Source: Euryarchaeota archaeon UBA105 (GTDB taxonomy: Archaea; Thermoplasmatota; Poseidoniia; Poseidoniales; Thalassarchaeaceae). From it: a stretch of DNA of 43,151 nt. The notes beneath the pieces are model-generated. The model was not told the origin of the DNA, made no database searches, and saw nothing but the letters and a program-made list of their open reading frames with translations. Positions 8,491 to 16,187 of the stretch are shown piece by piece. The stretch covers positions 1-43,151 of the forward strand of contig DALV01000102.1 in assembly GCA_002496905.1 (NCBI GenBank), given 5' to 3'. Both the position numbers and the translations under genes were made by a program. How positions within the stretch are numbered: the first letter of the stretch is position 1; every line of letters begins with the position of its first letter.

Positions 8491-9564
8491 TTGGAATCTG
8501 TCCAAAGAATCAGATACCCGCCCTTTGACCATACAAATATAGACCCTGATTCAATACCTATTACGGAAGTAATTCTCGAATCAAATTCCCAACCACCCAC
8601 TCCCTTCAAAATTGGTTCAGAATCTGGTTGGTTGGTAGAATGGAGAGGACTAACAGATAAAGACCTCAATCTACCAAAAATTCAATCTGTCACTACTACT
8701 GCAACATTACCATTTCTAATGAGAACTAGAAATGGTTGGTACATTGAACCCGATCCATTACATGCAATTGCTAGGAAATTTATCGCACCCACAGTAATTT
8801 TGTTAATTTCCTCTCTTTTTCTTCATGCTATAGCTCCGGCTTTAGGAGATGTGCCGCTACTATCTTGGCTAACCCAAGGATCTTATCAAATTGGACCACT
8901 TGATTATCCAAAATTATTATTCATAACATTTCCAATATTTGTATTGCCAATAATAATCAGAATATACGCAAATTCTAGAGATATTTATAGGCAAAACACT
9001 TACATCAATTCTCCACTAAAAGACCCTGAATTGGAATTATCGATAGGTGATGGGTGGGTGGAAATTTCACAAATGCAATTACCAGAAGAGGTGTATTTTT
9101 CTGCAGCCAGAATACAAGCTGGAGTCGCTGTCCCTGAAAGAAAATCCATGCTTAAATCATCCAAACGACCAGAAGGAAATCAACCCCCTCCTGGTATGTC
9201 AACAGCCCTACCAGAAAAGAGATTAACAGGCGGGGAAGAACATGGGACAGGAGTAGGAGAATCAACACCTTTAGCAGTTGATTATTCCCGAATTCTTCTA
9301 TTGGAGCCGATGCGGGTTAGATCGAGAGGGGTTTTAGAAACAAACAAAGAATTACCTATCAGATTGAATGGTCCTAACGAAAGATGGCCGGGTACAATTT
9401 ACTCCTCTATGATTGCATTACATTGGGAGATACATTTGCACGTGCTTTGGCAAGGTATGAGGTTAAGGTGGGTCAGTCCAATTATTATGCCCCAAACAGA
9501 TAACCAAGTAGTGATTGATAATCTTCCCCTTAGGGCTGCTAGGTCTGAAGATTCTAAGGAATAA
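8491..9564 (+). CDS. Hypothetical membrane protein (two predicted TM helices, C-terminal soluble domain)
   Basis: The ORF starts 4 nt after the GGR stop at a TTG preceded by GGGGGTGA. Hydrophobic segments are FIAPTVILLISSLFLHAIAPALG and LLFITFPIFVLPIIIRIYA. No family was recognised. Confidence 0.5.
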   Translation: MESVQRIRYPPFDHTNIDPDSIPITEVILESNSQPPTPFKIGSESGWLVEWRGLTDKDLNLPKIQSVTTTATLPFLMRTRNGWYIEPDPLHAIARKFIAPTVILLISSLFLHAIAPALGDVPLLSWLTQGSYQIGPLDYPKLLFITFPIFVLPIIIRIYANSRDIYRQNTYINSPLKDPELELSIGDGWVEISQMQLPEEVYFSAARIQAGVAVPERKSMLKSSKRPEGNQPPPGMSTALPEKRLTGGEEHGTGVGESTPLAVDYSRILLLEPMRVRSRGVLETNKELPIRLNGPNERWPGTIYSSMIALHWEIHLHVLWQGMRLRWVSPIIMPQTDNQVVIDNLPLRAARSEDSKE

Positions 9565-10755
9565 TCACACAGGTTGTAAAGGCGGTGGGCTGGCTAATTG
9601 ACCCTGATCGAGAATTTCTGTATCTAGATGGTTATAATCTGAATCTCGTTTTTGTGGTATGAAACCTGCACGCGAAATTACTCTCTGCAATTCATCTTCT
9701 CCAGCTAGAGTCTTTGTAGTGCCGGATGCAGAAACTACGTTTTCTTCCATCATTGTGGAGCCTGCATCATCTGCTCCTGCAAATAGGGCTAATTGGGCTA
9801 TACCCACCCCCATAGTAGGCCAAGATGCTTGTATGTGGCTAATGTTGTCAAAAAATAAACGAGCAATAGCAACATGACGAAGATATTCATGTGCGCCTGC
9901 CCCTAATTGAATTCTATTTTGACCCTTATTCCTTTTACCAAATGTATTGTTTTCTAATTGAACTGGCCATGCTATGAATGAAGTAAATCCAATCAATCCC
10001 ACTCCCAAACTTCTGTCTTGAAGGGTCCGAATTCTATCCATGTGTTGAACTCGATGAAAATTATTCTCACCAAAACCAATGACATTCGTTGCTGATGTTG
10101 TGAGTCCAAGATGTTGTGCCTCTTCCATAACTCTTAGCCAATTTTCCGAACTGCCTTTTTTTGGAGAGATGTCTAATCGAACATCATCAACGAGCATCTC
10201 TGCTCCACCACCCGGCAAACCGTGCATTCCAGCATCTTTCAATTTCTCTAGCACCTCTTTGGTAGATGTTTGACAAACTTCTGCGATTCCTTCAATCTCG
10301 ATAGGAGAAAAACAATCCAAATCGATTGTTGGATGCCTTTCCCTTAATTGGCAAATCAAATTCGTGTACCATTCCATAGGTAAATCTGGGTTGACACCAC
10401 CTTGCATTAATACACGCGTACCACCGATATTTTCTAATTCGGCAAATCTAGCACTAATTTGGTCTACGGATTGAGTGTAAGTCTCTTCATGTCCTGGTGG
10501 GCGATAGAAAGAGCAAAATTGACAATTTATGGTACATACATTAGTGTAGTTGACATTCCGATCGACAAGATATGTTACTTTATTTCCAGGAACTCTCTTT
10601 CTACGCATCAATAATCCAGCATGCAATAATTCGTTTTGATCTGCTTCATCATAGAGAATTGTTGCTTCCTCAACAGAAAGCCGGGGAGGGTTATCACCTA
10701 ACTGGGCTTCAAGAATTTCTTGCCAAACGGCCAAACAATCACAACCCTGAGCCAA
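9565..10755 (-). CDS. Radical SAM enzyme of the MqnC/MqnE (futalosine-pathway menaquinone) / CofH-like family
   Basis: The motif NVNYTNVCTINCQFCSFYRPPG (C-x3-C-x-F-C-x-F-Y-R) is characteristic of MqnC/MqnE/CofH. The size and C-terminal half are consistent. The listed start is TTG 10755, overlapping pepP by 17 nt, and an alternative TTG lies at 10734. Confidence 0.8.
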   Translation of the reverse strand: MAQGCDCLAVWQEILEAQLGDNPPRLSVEEATILYDEADQNELLHAGLLMRRKRVPGNKVTYLVDRNVNYTNVCTINCQFCSFYRPPGHEETYTQSVDQISARFAELENIGGTRVLMQGGVNPDLPMEWYTNLICQLRERHPTIDLDCFSPIEIEGIAEVCQTSTKEVLEKLKDAGMHGLPGGGAEMLVDDVRLDISPKKGSSENWLRVMEEAQHLGLTTSATNVIGFGENNFHRVQHMDRIRTLQDRSLGVGLIGFTSFIAWPVQLENNTFGKRNKGQNRIQLGAGAHEYLRHVAIARLFFDNISHIQASWPTMGVGIAQLALFAGADDAGSTMMEENVVSASGTTKTLAGEDELQRVISRAGFIPQKRDSDYNHLDTEILDQGQLASPPPLQPV

Positions 10756-12094
10756 CCAATGTTTCGATTTCTGTAATTTGTTTAGGACAGTTAGAAGTCA
10801 ATACAACAGGTCCGTCTTTGGTGATTAATACGTCATCTTCGATCCTAATTCCGATACCTGAGTATTTCGCGGGGATTTCAACATCCTCCCGCCATGAGGC
10901 GAAATATATTCCAGGTTCGACAGTTAGTACCATGCCTTCCTCTAGTAACCTACCATCGCCCTTTCCACCTGGTCTAGTGACTCCGACGTCATGCACATCC
11001 AGTCCTAGTGAATGACTGGTTCCGTGCATGAAAAATTGACGGGTTTCCCCATCTAAATCTTCACCCATGGCTTCTTCGAAAGAACAATTCAATATGCCTA
11101 ATTCTATCAGACCCCTAGAAATTACTTCCATAGCCGCTTTGTGAGAGGCGTTCCAAGGCGCACCTACCCGACAAGCTTCTATTCCAGAAATTTCAGCCTC
11201 TAGAACTAGATTGTATATCTCTCGTTGAGGGTCGCTAAATTTACCATTAACCGGCCAGGTTCTTGTGATATCTGAAGCATATCCTTCTACCTCGCAACCA
11301 GCGTCTACGAGTACTAACTCTCCATCAGAAACGGGTTGGTTGTTAGCATGGTAGTGTAGAATTGTAGCATTGTCACCACCACCAACAATAGATGGGTAAC
11401 TCCAGTGAGAACCATTCGATTGAAAACAACCTTCGATTATTGCCTGAATTTCCCATTCACCAATACCGGTATGACTCTTTTTCATTGCCATAGAATGGGC
11501 CATAGAGGCAATATCAGCCGACTTTTGCATAATGGCTATCTCTTCCGTAGATTTACAAATTCGCAATTCATCTAGGAGTGAAGAAGGATCTACTAGACTA
11601 ATTGGCCCCATTCCGTATGTATTTCTTTGTCTAGTCTTTGAGGTAAGAGCATCATGGACAATTTGGTCAATATTTGAATTTAGATTTTGAATTAAGTATA
11701 CTCCATTAGACTTATGCAACGAATCAGTAACTATTTCATTCATCTCTAATAGAGAATAGGCTTCATCTATGGGCCAGCCAGATGATGCGCCTTCTATCCC
11801 AATTCTTCTGCCTTGCCAAATTTCTGCGGTTGTATCGTTTGGTTGGACGAATAATGACACAAGCCAATTTTTCCCATTATGTTTTGCCATTAATACTGAC
11901 TCAGGTTCTGACCAGCCACTTAGGTAGAGCATGTAGGAACTAGCTCGGAATGGATAATGAACATCATTAGAGCGAATCGAAGCTGGATTAGTTGGAATGA
12001 GAACTAAACAATCTTGAGGAATCTTTTCGAGGAATTTAGACTGACGCCCTCTGTATTCTGACTCCGAGAAAGGTAGGCTAGCCATACTGTTCAC
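10739..12094 (-). CDS. pepP: Xaa-Pro aminopeptidase (M24B)
   Basis: An N-terminal creatinase/AMP_N-like domain is followed by a pita-bread domain. Metal ligand motifs are LVLVDAGCEVEGYASDITRT, HGTSHSLGLDVHD, LTVEPG and IRIEDD. Confidence 0.9.
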   Translation of the reverse strand: MNSMASLPFSESEYRGRQSKFLEKIPQDCLVLIPTNPASIRSNDVHYPFRASSYMLYLSGWSEPESVLMAKHNGKNWLVSLFVQPNDTTAEIWQGRRIGIEGASSGWPIDEAYSLLEMNEIVTDSLHKSNGVYLIQNLNSNIDQIVHDALTSKTRQRNTYGMGPISLVDPSSLLDELRICKSTEEIAIMQKSADIASMAHSMAMKKSHTGIGEWEIQAIIEGCFQSNGSHWSYPSIVGGGDNATILHYHANNQPVSDGELVLVDAGCEVEGYASDITRTWPVNGKFSDPQREIYNLVLEAEISGIEACRVGAPWNASHKAAMEVISRGLIELGILNCSFEEAMGEDLDGETRQFFMHGTSHSLGLDVHDVGVTRPGGKGDGRLLEEGMVLTVEPGIYFASWREDVEIPAKYSGIGIRIEDDVLITKDGPVVLTSNCPKQITEIETLVGSGL

Positions 12095-12160
12095 GCTTCT
12101 CCGAAAAGCAAGTTATTCTTATGACTGTGGGATGAAAAAAATAACAATAATAGGTATAAA

Positions 12161-13645
12161 TCAGGATTTCCACTTCGGTATTGATTGTTCGCTATTCCCT
12201 CGGAATCGGTTAACTAAGGCATATGTTAGGAATAATGCGCTAAATGCAAAGGCCACCAATGGTATTGGGAATGGCTTAACTTCATCTGGATGAATCAAAA
12301 TTACTGATATCGTTGCGAACTCCCCATCATCATCAATCACTTCTAGGGTAAGTATGGCGCGATATTCTTCTGCATCAGTCCATGAAAATTGCCGGTCACA
12401 TCCTTCGTAGAGGGGGGAATTATCCAACAACCAAATACATCTCAAACTGGAAGCATCATTTGCCGTATCCGAGCTTCCGGTCGCATCTAAATTTATATCA
12501 GAAGGATTTGAAATTCTAACTTCTTGACCGTCTGAAGTAGTTTCGCCATCAATTATCAGCGATGCGGTCGGAACTATATTCTTGATGTCTAAATTTATCA
12601 TCTGTTCTGATGATAAACCTCCTTTATCGTAGACGGTTAAGCTAAGAGTGTAGTTTCCAGATTGTGCCCCGGATATTGAATATGTGTTGAGGTCTTCACC
12701 CATCTGTACATCGATTGGAAGATTGCCAGAATGAGATGGTCTTCTGAGAGTCCAGACATAGTACATTTCCGTTCTGCCCCAGTAAGGATCTTCAGTTAAG
12801 GTTGCATCGAGTGTATGCCAAATATCGTCCTCTACAGCGTAATCAATACCCGATATTTTGATCACTGGTGGTTGGTTATTCACTCGAATAGAAAACTCAT
12901 GACTGGCACCATCTGGAGCAGAATTGCTCGCTGGGCAACCAATCAGTAATATTTCCATCCAACCATCTAATTTTGTAGAAATATCCCAAGATAATTCAAA
13001 ATTTCCAGAGGGGAGATCGTATACTTCATCTGTTATGGAGGCTTCATCGCAAACCAAGGTTTCGGGTATATGAGATGATTGAATTAGTCCCTGCGCTAAA
13101 GAACCCGAGATTTCTAGATTTACTCTACCGTTTGGATAAGTCCCAAGCCAACCACTAATTTGAATAGAAGAATCAATCAATTCTCCGGATTGATCTCCAT
13201 CTAACAAAAATCCAATCAAACCAGTTGAATTTTGTTCAACCATAAATACCACTCTAGTTTCTATAATTTCTAATCCATAATCGTCTATAGAGTGGACGCT
13301 AACATAACATGCACACTCGCCTGTAGCCGAGAAAGACAACTCGAATGACCAAGACCATTGTGCCCTACTATTAGTGGATGTGGTTTCAATCAAAGCACTC
13401 AGCAAATCTCCTCCATCAAATTCTGCGCCATCTTTAGATACCCGCCAAAATACTTCCTCGGGTTGTTTATCATCTTCTATGATTCCTGAAAAGATGATTG
13501 ACTCGAATGAATAGTCTCCGTTTTCCACATCTATACTGATTAAGGCAGGATCATCTTCGTTAGATGTATCTGCCTGAACACTATTACACATCAAAAGCAA
13601 TGCAGTGAGTGACAGCAAGACTGTCCTCCAGTGACGCTTCATCAA
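12161..13645 (-). CDS. Exported PKD-like repeat surface protein with C-terminal TM anchor
   Basis: It has a signal peptide (MMKRHWRTVLLSLTALLLMCNSVQA) and PKD-like beta repeats (YTLSLTVYDKGGLSS, ILTLEVIDDDGEFAT). The C-terminus is PFPIP + hydrophobic helix + RFR. Confidence 0.6.
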   Translation of the reverse strand: MMKRHWRTVLLSLTALLLMCNSVQADTSNEDDPALISIDVENGDYSFESIIFSGIIEDDKQPEEVFWRVSKDGAEFDGGDLLSALIETTSTNSRAQWSWSFELSFSATGECACYVSVHSIDDYGLEIIETRVVFMVEQNSTGLIGFLLDGDQSGELIDSSIQISGWLGTYPNGRVNLEISGSLAQGLIQSSHIPETLVCDEASITDEVYDLPSGNFELSWDISTKLDGWMEILLIGCPASNSAPDGASHEFSIRVNNQPPVIKISGIDYAVEDDIWHTLDATLTEDPYWGRTEMYYVWTLRRPSHSGNLPIDVQMGEDLNTYSISGAQSGNYTLSLTVYDKGGLSSEQMINLDIKNIVPTASLIIDGETTSDGQEVRISNPSDINLDATGSSDTANDASSLRCIWLLDNSPLYEGCDRQFSWTDAEEYRAILTLEVIDDDGEFATISVILIHPDEVKPFPIPLVAFAFSALFLTYALVNRFRGNSEQSIPKWKS

Positions 13646-13694
13646 GCCAAACGACTAGACTATCTGTCTTGAACCCCATGCAAAAGTGTTCAAT

Positions 13695-14753
13695 TCACCT
13701 TTCCGATATTTGCATTTGCCATACCATTTCGTCCAGCCAGGTTCCTAGTGTATCAATATCGACGAATTCTTGACTGGCTTCAGCAGTTAGAATACAGTCA
13801 CATGCGGCGGCGGCTAGTAAACCGGCATCTGCCATTGGCAAATCGTTTCCTAGTGCTACTGCCAATGCTGTGGCCGCTGCGTCATGCAAACCTATCTGTT
13901 GTTTTGGAGTGGGAGATGAACAATCGAAATGAATTACTTCACCCTCCGATTGATAGAGAGTTACCCCATTAATTCCCCCCAAAACTACCAATGCATCCCA
14001 ATCGTATGTGGAAATTAGTTCAGAGGCTGCGGAAGCCGAGTCGGAAGCTTCCAATCGGCGGCGCATAAGTTCCATACCCCTCATCTCAACTAGAACAACC
14101 GTCGCACCTCGAGATCGTTCTAAACCGGTTAATTTGGGATCCATTATGACGGGAATGCCATTCTTTCTCGCAGCACCAATCAATTTTGAAGCGCTGGCTA
14201 CAGTAACCGCTCCATTATCGTAATCTGAGATTACCAAAGCGCAACTATTCTCCAATTGCTTCATAGCATTATTTGCTAATTTATCAGACATTGAGTTCTC
14301 AATTGGGTCAAGTGGACCTCTGTCAGCCTGGAGTAAAATTTGGCTCTCTTCAAGCAAGCTCTCTCTGCTACCGAAGAACCGAATTTTGACCAGCGTATGT
14401 CTATCTGTAACTGATTCTATCCCTGTAACTGTAATTCCATCTTCGATTAACATATCCACAATTGCTTTACCTTCTCTATCATTTCCAACAAACGTGTGAA
14501 AATCAACATCTAGACCTATTGAGTTTAACCCCCTTGCAATGTGAGCAGCCGCTCCTGGGCTTTCATCGGTTTGGAAAATTTTCAAGACAGGAACAGGTGC
14601 GATTGAATTCAGATTATTCGCATATCCATGATGATAACGGTCTAACATCACATCACCCAACAATGTCACGTGAGATCCTTCCATATCATTGAGGCTGGAA
14701 CGTAATCGCCGTAGAGATTCAATGCGGGAGACTGTGTCTTCGTCAATCGCCAT
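13695..14753 (-). CDS. PfkB-family carbohydrate kinase (RfaE/HldE kinase-domain-like)
   Basis: VTLLGDVMLDRYHHG...PVPV...ESPGAAAHIARGL resembles the HldE domain I N-terminus. The C-terminal motif GLHDAAATALAVAL resembles the PfkB anion-hole/ATP motif. Confidence 0.75.
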   Translation of the reverse strand: MAIDEDTVSRIESLRRLRSSLNDMEGSHVTLLGDVMLDRYHHGYANNLNSIAPVPVLKIFQTDESPGAAAHIARGLNSIGLDVDFHTFVGNDREGKAIVDMLIEDGITVTGIESVTDRHTLVKIRFFGSRESLLEESQILLQADRGPLDPIENSMSDKLANNAMKQLENSCALVISDYDNGAVTVASASKLIGAARKNGIPVIMDPKLTGLERSRGATVVLVEMRGMELMRRRLEASDSASAASELISTYDWDALVVLGGINGVTLYQSEGEVIHFDCSSPTPKQQIGLHDAAATALAVALGNDLPMADAGLLAAAACDCILTAEASQEFVDIDTLGTWLDEMVWQMQISER

Positions 14754-14777
14754 GAACCTTCCAAAGGTGGGGGGCGA

Positions 14778-15848
14778 ATGAGGTTTGGGGGTACTAAATG
14801 GTCAAATCATGACCGACGAACTCAAGCGAGTAGGTTCTCTCCGCGAGGTATGGTTGACCGCTCTGGGAGTTGGATCTACGAGGGGCCAGCAGCCGAAAGA
14901 CTGTGGCAAAAATCTGCGATTGGTAGCCCAGTAGGAGAGCGAAAACTAGAGTTATCTCCGGCGGAGACATTGTTTGTTCACTATCACAGACACTTAGACC
15001 TACCAACAAATAATTGGATGAATAATGCACTAAATCAAAACTCGATGCTATTACAAGAATATTCTATCCTAGAGGCTCTTCGTGTACCGGGAAACAAGAT
15101 TGTTTTATCTCAAAATATGGGACTTTTTTCTAAACAAGTTAACCCTAAGTCTTGGGCTGCTCGATGGACATCGAATACTCATCCAAGAAATAGTGAGGCG
15201 ATTTCTGAAATACGATGGTTTCATGAATCTGATAAATTAGATGCTGTTGAATTACATCAATGGGCAATTGACGTAAACAGTTCCGGAAGAATTGCCGAGG
15301 TTTTGGTTGTCGATGAAGAGTTGAGTATTGTTACATACCAACTTTCCTCACAAAACCCCCGTGGATCATTTCAAGAGCATGAGGCAATAGAATCTCTAAC
15401 TAATTTATCCGGAGGAATTCCCTCAGCCAACGGTTTGCTATATCCATTCGATGATTGGAAAATCAAACAATTAGGAGTACCCACAGCAGGGGGTATTCAT
15501 CTTGATTCAATAATATGTGAAATTATTCAAGGATTAAATCCACTATCGGAAGGTGCAATGATTCTTGCCGACTTGCTAAATAGGGGTCTTGTCATTCGAC
15601 CTGGGTTCAAGTACGGCACTAGATGGAGATGTTACGATAAGCCTCTAGGAGAAGATCATGCACCTTTCCTCGTAGCCTTGCCTGAGGATGCACCAAGAGA
15701 TTGGGCCGGTGCTTGCCTCGCCTCGAGATTAGCATCAGGAGTCAACAAAATTTGGTTACACCCTGTTAGTCAGGGAGACTCCTGGAGTTATCTAGCGATA
15801 ACTAGACCACCTGCAGACTCACGATGGTCGAATCCAAGTAAACGCTGA
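14778..15848 (+). CDS. endA: tRNA-splicing endonuclease, long (two-unit) form
   Basis: The C-terminal catalytic unit is LVIRPGFKYGTRWRCY...HAPFLV (G-x-K-x-G-x-x-[FW]-x-x-Y ... H). The ~340-aa length implies a duplicated EndA unit. An alternative start is ATG 14850. Confidence 0.8.
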   Translation: MRFGGTKWSNHDRRTQASRFSPRGMVDRSGSWIYEGPAAERLWQKSAIGSPVGERKLELSPAETLFVHYHRHLDLPTNNWMNNALNQNSMLLQEYSILEALRVPGNKIVLSQNMGLFSKQVNPKSWAARWTSNTHPRNSEAISEIRWFHESDKLDAVELHQWAIDVNSSGRIAEVLVVDEELSIVTYQLSSQNPRGSFQEHEAIESLTNLSGGIPSANGLLYPFDDWKIKQLGVPTAGGIHLDSIICEIIQGLNPLSEGAMILADLLNRGLVIRPGFKYGTRWRCYDKPLGEDHAPFLVALPEDAPRDWAGACLASRLASGVNKIWLHPVSQGDSWSYLAITRPPADSRWSNPSKR

Positions 15849-15929
15849 TTTTTTTCACTTTTACTCGCTAGAATATACCCCTCTGCCTACAAAAAAAAGG
15901 TTAGGCGATTTGATTCGCCAAGAAAACCC

Positions 15930-16187
15930 ATGGGTCGAACAGTTGCCACTTGGAGGATGAGAGGGGAAGAAAGAATAGAGGGTTGGAAGCAGTTTCATAG
16001 AACTTTGAGACCACAAGAACGTTCAGCTTACGATTCGATGATTAATGCCGCGAGAAACAGAGCGGCGGCTTGTGGAATGATACCCACGGTCGACCCTATG
16101 GAACCAATATTTCTAGCGATGTTAGTCGAAGCGTACGAGAGAATCTCAAAAATCGAAGACGAAATTGAGAGGTTGAGGAATGGATGA
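15930..16187 (+). CDS. Small hypothetical protein (85 aa), translationally coupled to polB
   Basis: The ORF stop overlaps the polB start (ATGGATGA at 16180..16187). The protein looks helical with a coiled-coil-like C-terminus (ISKIEDEIERLRNG). No family was recognised. Confidence 0.45.
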   Translation: MGRTVATWRMRGEERIEGWKQFHRTLRPQERSAYDSMINAARNRAAACGMIPTVDPMEPIFLAMLVEAYERISKIEDEIERLRNG

